DNA of 61,310 bases from Fidelibacterota bacterium (lineage in GTDB: Bacteria > Fidelibacterota > Marinisomatia > Marinisomatales > UBA1611). The translations under genes and the position numbers were made by a program. Positions 54,209 to 61,310 of the stretch are shown piece after piece (position 1 is the first letter of the stretch; every line of letters starts with the position of its first letter). The notes under the pieces were generated by a model. That model did no database searches and was not told the DNA's origin. It worked only from the letters and a program-made list of their open reading frames with translations. The DNA is taken from contig PBFM01000006.1 in the NCBI GenBank assembly GCA_002718655.1, positions 1-61,310 on the forward strand, read 5' to 3'.

Positions 54209-54991
54209 ATGGAATTAATTCATCCGATTTTTAAATGGCTACATGTTGTAGCAGGGGTTATGTGGATTGGCCTTTTATATTTCTTTAATTTTATAAATAC
54301 TGCATTTGCACCAACAATGGATGGTGACACTAAGAAAAAAGTTGTTCCAGAATTGATGCCTCGCACTCTTTATTGGTTCAGATGGGGTGCTGCTTGGACA
54401 TGGGCAACAGGGGTAATACTTCTCTTAGTCGTCTATTATCATGGAGGTCTTACATTCGATGATCCAGAATCTAGTGGATATGGTATTGAATTTTTTTCAA
54501 TGGTTGGCATTACGTTTTTAGGTGTTTTCGCATATGACGCTCTATACAAATCTCCCATTGCATCAAACGTAAGGTTAGCAACTATTGTAAGTTTTGTTTT
54601 ATTGACAATAGTTATAATAGTGATGAAAGAGTGGGCTGGATTTAGTTATAGAGCTTTTAACATGCATCTTGGCGCACTTTTTGGTACAAATATGGCGTTT
54701 AATGTTTGGTTCAGAATATGGCCCGCGCAACAAAAAATCATTACTTCAATAAAAAATGGGGAAGCTCCCGATGGTGAGCTCCTTGCTTTAGCTGGATTAA
54801 GATCAAAACATAACACATATATGTCTGTTCCCTTGATATGGACAATGCATAATCAACATCATGTAACTGTACCTACCGCTTTGGGATTGCCAGCTGAATT
54901 TTCTTGGTTGGTTCCTATGGTGATGGTCATTTTGGGATGGCACATAGTATGGCAACTGTATAAAAAATCGGGCACAATCAAAGGGTTTTAA
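54209..54991 (+). CDS. Integral membrane protein of unknown function (resembles the N-terminal membrane domain of urate hydroxylase PuuD)
   Basis: 260 aa, about 6 TM. WLHVVAGVMWIGLLYFFNFINT is reminiscent of that domain family as I recall it. No cytochrome c (CxxCH) domain is present. Confidence 0.35.
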   Translation: MELIHPIFKWLHVVAGVMWIGLLYFFNFINTAFAPTMDGDTKKKVVPELMPRTLYWFRWGAAWTWATGVILLLVVYYHGGLTFDDPESSGYGIEFFSMVGITFLGVFAYDALYKSPIASNVRLATIVSFVLLTIVIIVMKEWAGFSYRAFNMHLGALFGTNMAFNVWFRIWPAQQKIITSIKNGEAPDGELLALAGLRSKHNTYMSVPLIWTMHNQHHVTVPTALGLPAEFSWLVPMVMVILGWHIVWQLYKKSGTIKGF

Positions 54992-55045
54992 AATTACTAA
55001 TAGAATATTGGATAAAATTTGCTTTATGGGAAATTAATTTAAACT

Positions 55046-56335
55046 ATGTACTCATATAGATCATTAGTGATTTTCTTTTTGCTAGCAGCCGTAACCTTAG
55101 GTCAGCAGTCATTCGAAGATTTTATGCGCTCACAGCAAAAAGATTTTGATGAATATAAAAAATCACTTGATGAGGAGTATGCAGATTATAAGGCGAAGGA
55201 AGAAGCGGCTTTTAAAAAATTTAAGAAAGATGTAGAGCTGCAATGGCAAGAATTCAAGGGATCAACATCAAAAATGTATGTTTCTTATGATAAGGATCTT
55301 CAATCTCGAGGAGCTATTGATTATGATCATGGTGAAGTTGTTATAGAGGTAATCATAAATAATGATGAGCTTGATGATGAGTCATTAAATTACAAAGATT
55401 CTGCGTTAGACCGTTTTGTATCCAATGGTCATTCTCCTTTTAAGGGTTATTTATTTATCCTCAAATCATTCTTTTTTCCAATGAGTCCACAGACAGCAGA
55501 CCATATAGATAAACAATTTGGGCTTTCAAATAAAGACCCTGTTCTCCAAAAGGTTGCACAGAACAAACTATTTTTAAAGCTTGTAGATCTACTCTCTGAA
55601 AAAGATGAATCAGGTAACTCGCTTTTGGAAAATCAATTTTTTGATAAAAATGGTAAGCCGGTTAAGGACGGTGTTAATTCAAAAGGTTTTGCAGCAGAGA
55701 AAGTTATTAAATCCGATAAGAATGTTAAAACCTATGTTGGAAAGGATGGTAAAAATCGTACATCTGTTTCTTTAAAAGTACCTCTTCGTTTAGACCACAA
55801 GAAGGTAAGGTCAAATAAATATGGTAAAGAGATTTTAAAACAATCCAAACGTTTTAACATCGACCCATCAATTGCGATGGCGATAGCTGAAACCGAATCC
55901 GCATTCAATCCAAAGGCAACCTCTCATATCCCTGCGTATGGACTAATGCAGTTAGTACCTTCATCTGGAGGACGAGATGCATATCAATATGTATATGGCA
56001 AAGATAAATTTCTTGATAAGAACTATCTTTATAAACCTAATAATAATATTGAATTAGGATGTGCGTACCTTGGGAAAATTCTTCACCAGTATTTTAAAGG
56101 TGTAAGGAATCAAGAAATGGCATATATGTGTACTGTTGCCGCTTATAATACAGGAGCAGGGAATGTATCAAAAGCATTAACGAATGATACAAAATTAAGA
56201 CCTGCAATTAGTAAGGTAAATCGAATGTCTTCAGGATCAGAATTATATAATACTCTCATAAATGATCTTGAGTATGATGAAACACGAAATTATTTGAAGA
56301 AAGTATGGGAAAGAAAAAATAAATACAGATCCTAA
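55046..56335 (+). CDS. Lytic murein transglycosylase, MltC-like (SLT domain)
   Basis: Signal peptide. C-terminal AIAETESAFNPKATSHIPAYGLMQLVP...AYNTGAGNV catalytic SLT motifs. Confidence 0.8.
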   Translation: MYSYRSLVIFFLLAAVTLGQQSFEDFMRSQQKDFDEYKKSLDEEYADYKAKEEAAFKKFKKDVELQWQEFKGSTSKMYVSYDKDLQSRGAIDYDHGEVVIEVIINNDELDDESLNYKDSALDRFVSNGHSPFKGYLFILKSFFFPMSPQTADHIDKQFGLSNKDPVLQKVAQNKLFLKLVDLLSEKDESGNSLLENQFFDKNGKPVKDGVNSKGFAAEKVIKSDKNVKTYVGKDGKNRTSVSLKVPLRLDHKKVRSNKYGKEILKQSKRFNIDPSIAMAIAETESAFNPKATSHIPAYGLMQLVPSSGGRDAYQYVYGKDKFLDKNYLYKPNNNIELGCAYLGKILHQYFKGVRNQEMAYMCTVAAYNTGAGNVSKALTNDTKLRPAISKVNRMSSGSELYNTLINDLEYDETRNYLKKVWERKNKYRS

Positions 56336-56412
56336 GTTGAAAAATTTCATTTGTTAATTAGAAACTTTTTTGTGTATTTACTGTTAATTTTTGGATTCTA
56401 GGCTGAAATATA

Positions 56413-56883
56413 ATGAAAGTAGATTCCAAATTCACATCACACTGGAAAGATTATGTAAAGCAGAGTTGTTATGCAGCAATAACAGTTTTCTTTATTACTA
56501 TTTTATTATCAGATAATCCAGTAGTGATTGCTAGTATCGGTGCAACCTCCTTCATTGTATTTACAATGCCAAATAATATTTCTGCTGAACCAAAAAGAAT
56601 AATAGGTGGTCATTTCGTTGGGTTTTTTGTTGGTGTTTGTTTTGCTGTATTCCCATTTATGGATATTATTTTTTTCAAAGCATTGTGGTTCTCTGCATCC
56701 GTAGGACTTACGATTTTAATTATGGTCACTTTAGATTTGGAGCATCCTCCTGCTGCTGGAACCGCGTTGGGGATGACACTGGTTGGGTATACAAGTTCCT
56801 CTGCAACTGCCATAATCATCAGCGTCACAATTCTGGCATTGATTGGCGTCCTTTCAAAACCATTTCTTAGAGATTTAATTTGA
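56413..56883 (+). CDS. HPP family membrane protein
   Basis: 156 aa, 4 TM, LDLEHPPAAGTALG motif. Confidence 0.75.
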   Translation: MKVDSKFTSHWKDYVKQSCYAAITVFFITILLSDNPVVIASIGATSFIVFTMPNNISAEPKRIIGGHFVGFFVGVCFAVFPFMDIIFFKALWFSASVGLTILIMVTLDLEHPPAAGTALGMTLVGYTSSSATAIIISVTILALIGVLSKPFLRDLI

Positions 56884-57701
56884 AAAGAACAAGTGCCATT
56901 GCCCTTTTAATTCTTACTGGAATCATATGGAGTATAGGCGGATTTATGATCAAATTGATTCCTTGGTCGGCATTGGCAATTGCAGGAATACGGAGTGGTT
57001 TATCATCAATTGTAATTATTGCTTATAGTAAACCTAAAAGGTTTCATTTTAACAAATATGTTTGGTTAGGAGCGTTATGTTATGCTTTGATGGTAATATC
57101 TTTTGTAATTGGGAATAAATTAACATCTGCAGGAAATGTAATATTGATACAATATGCTGCCCCAGTTTATGTGGCTTTTTTTGGTATGTCTTTTTTAGGT
57201 GAGCATGCAAGAAAAATTGATTGGGTGGCAATTATTATTATCCTTATTGGACTGGCTTGTTTTTTCATCGATGAACTTAGTTTCAATGAATTATGGGGAA
57301 ATATATTTGCATTATTTTCAGGAATTGGATTTGCAGGGCTAACTCTATTTATGCGCAAACAGAAAAATGGTAACCCAGTTGATTCTGTTTTGCTTGGTAA
57401 CCTATTAACTTTTTTCCTATGTACGCCATTTTACTGGAACTTAACACACACGTTTAATTCTTGGATCTACATTAGTATTTTAGGTTTTTTTCAACTTGGC
57501 ATAGCTTATGTATTTTACAGTATTGCTATTAAACATGTATCCGCCCTTGATGCAATCATCTATCCAGTGATAGAGCCAATATCAAACCCATTACTCGCAT
57601 TTGTTTTTCTAGATGAAAAAATTAGCATGAACGCAATTATAGGAGGATTATTGGTTGTCATTGGTGTAGTAGGGCGTGGTATATTAAAAGATGATTTATA
57701 A
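56880..57701 (+). CDS. EamA/DMT family transporter
   Basis: 273 aa, about 10 TM in two repeats. TTG start in a TTGA overlap with the HPP gene stop. Confidence 0.7.
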   Translation: MKRTSAIALLILTGIIWSIGGFMIKLIPWSALAIAGIRSGLSSIVIIAYSKPKRFHFNKYVWLGALCYALMVISFVIGNKLTSAGNVILIQYAAPVYVAFFGMSFLGEHARKIDWVAIIIILIGLACFFIDELSFNELWGNIFALFSGIGFAGLTLFMRKQKNGNPVDSVLLGNLLTFFLCTPFYWNLTHTFNSWIYISILGFFQLGIAYVFYSIAIKHVSALDAIIYPVIEPISNPLLAFVFLDEKISMNAIIGGLLVVIGVVGRGILKDDL

Positions 57702-57708
57702 GATAAAG

Positions 57709-57733
57709 AAAAACCCCTCATTGAGAGGTTTTT
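57709..57733. terminator. Bidirectional intrinsic terminator between convergent genes
   Basis: AAAAACCCCTC-ATT-GAGAGGTTTTT: GC core stem with one mismatch, flanked by A5/T5 tracts. Lies between the EamA stop (57701) and the peroxiredoxin stop (57746). Confidence 0.55.
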
Positions 57734-57745
57734 CTTTAATTTAAT

Positions 57746-58213
57746 TTAAAGGCTCTTTAGTGTCGATTTTATTTCATTGTAATCTGGCTCGACACCTGGA
57801 TTTGGTTTTGCTTCCCAGTTATATTTAATTATACCATTTTTTACTATGTACACTGCTCTATTTGCACATGTGTAACCTTCTATCCCACCTAACCCTTCAA
57901 AGACAACGTCATAATCTTTAGTAACCTTTCTGTCAAGATCGGATAAAAGATTAAATTCTAGATTATATTTGTTTGAAAATGCTCCATTCGCCCATGGTGA
58001 ATCAACACTTATGCCTAAAACTACAGCATCAAGTTCATTAAAGGTATTTAGGTTATCTTGAAGAGTACACATTTCTGTATCACAAACACCAGTGAAAGCA
58101 CCAGGGTAGAATGCCATTACAACTATTTTGTCATTGTAATTAGATAAAGATACATCTTCTTTATCTGTATTTTTCAAAGTGAAATCAGGTGCAGTATCAT
58201 TTACATTTAACAT
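57746..58213 (-). CDS. Peroxiredoxin (AhpC/TSA-redoxin family, Prx5/PrxQ-like)
   Basis: 155 aa. FYPGAFTGVCDTEMC peroxidatic/resolving Cys region. Confidence 0.8.
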   Translation of the reverse strand: MLNVNDTAPDFTLKNTDKEDVSLSNYNDKIVVMAFYPGAFTGVCDTEMCTLQDNLNTFNELDAVVLGISVDSPWANGAFSNKYNLEFNLLSDLDRKVTKDYDVVFEGLGGIEGYTCANRAVYIVKNGIIKYNWEAKPNPGVEPDYNEIKSTLKSL

Positions 58214-58263
58214 TTATTAGTTCCTTCGCATTTTAGTTGATTTTATCTGTTAAAGTTAACTAG

Positions 58264-58312
58264 TAATAATTATATATATCTTAGTATTTTCATTTAGTAC
58301 TAATAATTATTA
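58264..58312. promoter_or_regulatory. Two Fur/PerR-box-like AT-rich inverted repeats in the divergent prx / perR-ahpCF promoter region
   Basis: Perfect 12-bp palindrome TAATAATTATTA at 58301..58312. A 10/12 copy, TAATAATTATAT, is at 58264..58275. Confidence 0.4.
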
Positions 58313-58328
58313 CTATTTAAATTTTTTT

Positions 58329-58697
58329 ATGCGTTTTAGCCAACAAAGACAGATTATAAAGGAAATTATATTTTCTACGAATTCACATCCGACAGCAGAC
58401 TGGGTATATACAAAGGCAAAGACTATCCTTCCAAATATTAGTTTAGGAACAGTTTATAGAAATTTAAAACAGTTAGAAAAAAATGGGATTATAAGAATTG
58501 TCTATGATGGTTCGTTGGCAAGATACGACTGGAATACAAAACCGCATAATCATTTAAAATGTCAAATTTGTGGTGAAATGATTGATGCGCATTTAAATAA
58601 AAATAATCTAATTAAAGATGGAAAGGCTAATTATGATTTTGAGGTATCCGATGTGGAAATTACTCTCATTGGAAAATGCAGTAAACATAACAAATAA
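58329..58697 (+). CDS. Fur-family transcriptional regulator, PerR-like
   Basis: 122 aa. Winged-helix LGTVYRNLKQLEKNGII, HNHLKCQICG metal motif. The C-terminal GKCSKH replaces the usual second CxxC. Confidence 0.75.
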   Translation: MRFSQQRQIIKEIIFSTNSHPTADWVYTKAKTILPNISLGTVYRNLKQLEKNGIIRIVYDGSLARYDWNTKPHNHLKCQICGEMIDAHLNKNNLIKDGKANYDFEVSDVEITLIGKCSKHNK

Positions 58698-58715
58698 AAA
58701 TAAAAGGAGTAGTAA

Positions 58716-59285
58716 ATGGCATTAGTAGATAAAAAGATGAAATCTTTTGAATTGAACGCTTTTAAACCTGGGGAAGATGATTTTGTTACAGTATCAAGCA
58801 GTGATTTATCAGGTAAATGGTCAGTATTTTTTTTCTATCCAGCTGATTTTACTTTTGTATGTCCTACGGAATTAGGAGATCTAGCTAATCACTATGATGA
58901 ATTTCAAAAACTTGGTGTTGATATCTATGCAGTTTCAACTGATACACATTGGACACACAAGGCATGGCATGAGTCTTCAGATGTTGTATCCAAGGTTCAG
59001 TACACAATGCTTAGTGATGATCAATTTAAATTATCCAAGCAATTTAAAGTTTTAAGAAAAGGTGAGGGTCGAGCTGATCGTGGTACATTTATTGTAGATC
59101 CAAATGGCGTTATCCAAGCATATGAGATTACTGCTGAAGGTATTGGAAGAGATGCGCAAGATCTTCTTAGAAAGGTAAAGGCTGCTCAATATGTTCACAA
59201 TAACCCAGATGAGGTCTGTCCTGCAAAATGGCAAGAAGGCGAAGATACATTAACACCGTCACTTGATCTTTCAGGAAAAATATAA
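58716..59285 (+). CDS. ahpC: Alkyl hydroperoxide reductase subunit C (typical 2-Cys peroxiredoxin)
   Basis: FFFYPADFTFVCPTEL and C-terminal EVCPAKW. Confidence 0.9.
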   Translation: MALVDKKMKSFELNAFKPGEDDFVTVSSSDLSGKWSVFFFYPADFTFVCPTELGDLANHYDEFQKLGVDIYAVSTDTHWTHKAWHESSDVVSKVQYTMLSDDQFKLSKQFKVLRKGEGRADRGTFIVDPNGVIQAYEITAEGIGRDAQDLLRKVKAAQYVHNNPDEVCPAKWQEGEDTLTPSLDLSGKI

Positions 59286-59303
59286 TAACTACTTTTTCTT
59301 TTT

Positions 59304-60857
59304 ATGAGACTTACAAATCAAATAAGAAAGTCTTTAAGTGGTTACATGGAAAATTTGGAGGACGAAATTACCATCGTCCTCCAAACTGGTGAACATCAAA
59401 AACGTAATGATTTAGTATCTTTTTTGAATGATGTATGCAATACCTCAGAGAAACTAAGGTTTAAAGAACAAGACATGGGTCAGAAACTAAAAAGCCCCAT
59501 AACTTTTTTTCTTGAGAAAAACAATATTGATTCGGGAATCTGTTTTTCTGGAATACCTGGTGGTCACGAGTTTAATTCATTTATTCTTTCTATATTGCAA
59601 TTAGGTGGATCTGATTTGAAACTTGATTCTGGTATCAGATCTATGATTGCTGATATTAATGAAAAATTAAATTTTGAAATATTTATTAGTCTTGATTGTC
59701 ATATTTGCCCTGATGTTGTTCAGTCTTTAAATAAATTTGCGATAATAAACGATAATATTAGCTGTGAAATGATAGATGGTGGTTTGTTCCCCGATAAAGT
59801 AGAAGAAAGAGGTGTTCAGGGAGTTCCAACAATCTTTTTAAATGGAGAATTTTTATCTTCTGGAAGGACAAACATCTCTAAAATACTTAACAAACTAAAA
59901 GAAAAAAACTCTAAGATTAGTAGTGAAGAAAAAATTCATTTACCTTTGCAGGATACAGTGATTATCGGCGGTGGACCTGCAGGAATCAGTTCAGCGATAT
60001 ATACTGCGAGAAAAGGTTTAAAGGTCACTCTTGTTTCAGAAAATATTGGAGGCCAAGTAAAAGAGACTCTAGGAATTGAAAATTTAATTTCAGTTATTGA
60101 GACTACTGGGGAAAAATTGACGGGGAATATGCATTCTCATCTTAAAGAGCATGATGTGACTATCAAAGAGCATTTGCGAGTTGAAAATATTGAAATAGGC
60201 GCAAATAAATCAGTAATGCTATCATCTGGAGAAATTATAAATACAAAAACAATAATTATTGCAACTGGTGCAAACTGGAGAGAGTTAGGTGTTCCTGGTG
60301 AAAAAGAGAACCTTGGGAATGGTGTAGCGTATTGTCCACATTGTGATGGTCCTTTTTTCAAAGGAAAAGATGTAGCTGTTGTTGGTGGTGGCAATTCAGG
60401 GATTGAGGCTGCGCTTGATCTTTCGGGAATAGTTAATAATGTAACGGTTTTAGAGTTCATGCCAGATTTAAAAGCCGACAAAATTTTGATAGATAAAGCA
60501 CTAGAAAAAGAAAATATTGAAATATTGACAAATGTTGAAATAAAGAAGATTCTATCGGATGCGGGGAAGGTGAGCGGTATGGAATACGTTGATAAAGAAT
60601 TAAACTTAAAAAAAGTAATTTATCTTCAGGGTGTATTTGTACAAATAGGGTTAGTACCGAATAGTCAGTTTCTTAAAGGCATTGTTAATCTTACTAGCTA
60701 TGGAGAAATAGTGGTAAATAATCTTGGCGAGACATCAGAAAAAGGAATTTATGCTTGTGGTGATGTTACGACGATTCCATATAAACAAATTATTACCTCA
60801 ATGGGTGATGGAGCAAAAACTGCATTAAGTGTTTCTGAATATCTTATGAAAACATAA
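59304..60857 (+). CDS. ahpF: Alkyl hydroperoxide reductase subunit F
   Basis: 517 aa. N-terminal CHICPD, FAD motif [14 protein letters not shown], redox centre [18 protein letters not shown]. Confidence 0.9.
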   Translation: MRLTNQIRKSLSGYMENLEDEITIVLQTGEHQKRNDLVSFLNDVCNTSEKLRFKEQDMGQKLKSPITFFLEKNNIDSGICFSGIPGGHEFNSFILSILQLGGSDLKLDSGIRSMIADINEKLNFEIFISLDCHICPDVVQSLNKFAIINDNISCEMIDGGLFPDKVEERGVQGVPTIFLNGEFLSSGRTNISKILNKLKEKNSKISSEEKIHLPLQDTVIIGGGPAGISSAIYTARKGLKVTLVSENIGGQVKETLGIENLISVIETTGEKLTGNMHSHLKEHDVTIKEHLRVENIEIGANKSVMLSSGEIINTKTIIIATGANWRELGVPGEKENLGNGVAYCPHCDGPFFKGKDVAVVGGGNSGIEAALDLSGIVNNVTVLEFMPDLKADKILIDKALEKENIEILTNVEIKKILSDAGKVSGMEYVDKELNLKKVIYLQGVFVQIGLVPNSQFLKGIVNLTSYGEIVVNNLGETSEKGIYACGDVTTIPYKQIITSMGDGAKTALSVSEYLMKT

Positions 60858-61069
60858 CATTCTGACATGTTTTTAAAAAAGGTTAACTCCTAGGAGCATT
60901 TATTTTTTAATCGGTTGCGAATATGTTAAGCATCAATAATAATATTGAGCTTTGCTCATTAGATATTATTTATATGAAATCGAACCATTTACAAATATAT
61001 TGAAAAATTTAATTTTCTTTTTTGAAGTTATTAAATGTTTTACTTTGGGATGAGTATTTTAAACAATCA

Positions 61070-61310
61070 ATGAAAATTTATATTAGTGCGGATATGGAAG
61101 GAGTTACCGGCGTTACTCATTGGGATGAAGTTGATCACAATAAAACAGCATCTTACGCTCAATTTCAAAATCGAATGACTCTTGAAGTATTTGCTGCCTG
61201 TGAGGGTGCAAATAGTGCTGGTGCAAAAGAGATTTGGGTTAAGGATGCACATTATTCTGGCCGCAATATATTAGCCGAAAATTTACCTTCTAATGTTAAA
61301 TTAATTCGTG
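61070..61310 (+). CDS. D-aminopeptidase DppA-like (peptidase M55), 5' part (runs off the window end)
   Basis: My translation from ATG 61070: MKIYISADMEGVTGVTHWDEVDHNKTASYAQFQNRMTLEVFAACEGANSAGAKEIWVKDAHYSG. Open at the window edge, so not in the track. Confidence 0.65.
   Translation, partial: MKIYISADMEGVTGVTHWDEVDHNKTASYAQFQNRMTLEVFAACEGANSAGAKEIWVKDAHYSGRNILAENLPSNVKLIR

Noticed and set aside
60858-61069. Possible tRNA or terminator in the ahpF-dppA intergenic region (GGTTCGATT on the minus strand near 61000; CTCCTAGGAG palindrome at 60889..60898)
   Set aside because: The T-loop-like string has no flanking complementary arms or acceptor stem. The 10-bp palindrome leaves a 2-nt loop, so it cannot form a stable hairpin.
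1-61310. Search for CRISPR arrays, integrases, transposases, phage genes, toxin-antitoxin pairs or defence-system hallmarks
   Set aside because: I saw no spaced direct repeats and no recombinase, nuclease or helicase-type ORFs. Every sizeable ORF is accounted for by metabolic, transport or envelope functions.

Overview
AT-rich, tightly packed bacterial chromosomal window with about 60 genes. I saw no rRNA, tRNA, CRISPR array, transposase, integrase or phage genes. All product calls rest on motif and architecture recognition, because no database search was possible. Modules in order: (1) minus-strand heme-uptake locus: TonB-dependent receptor (open at the window edge), HugZ-like protein and an HmuTUV-type ABC importer. 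(2) LOG-family protein plus two secreted amidohydrolase-fold proteins; only one of their three modules keeps the HxH metal site. (3) A translationally coupled, eukaryote-like kynurenine pathway operon: TDO, atypical SDR, 2-aminomuconic semialdehyde dehydrogenase, thioredoxin-like ferredoxin, RidA deaminase, 3-hydroxyanthranilate dioxygenase (3-HAO), ACMSD, kynureninase, KMO and an M19 dipeptidase. (4) rpe-tkt-rpiB. (5) A Tat-less, apparently cytoplasm-facing bis-MGD molybdoenzyme whose FeS and NrfD subunits are fused. It is divergent from a mobA (no canonical start codon) plus cysteine-dioxygenase-like pair. (6) System II cytochrome c biogenesis genes with two unknown envelope proteins. (7) A form I aerobic CO dehydrogenase cluster (coxMSL-G, XdhC-YHS fusion, coxD, coxE, mocA, xdhC, nifS) joined to a complete Moco biosynthesis operon behind a candidate Moco riboswitch. 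(8) Transporter, USP, gdh, MltC-like, HPP and EamA genes. (9) A prx / perR-ahpCF peroxide regulon and a partial dppA. The best candidates for undescribed biology are the Soe-like fused molybdoenzyme module, the non-canonical kynurenine operon components, and the copper- and sulfur-related accessory fusions in the cox-Moco supercluster.
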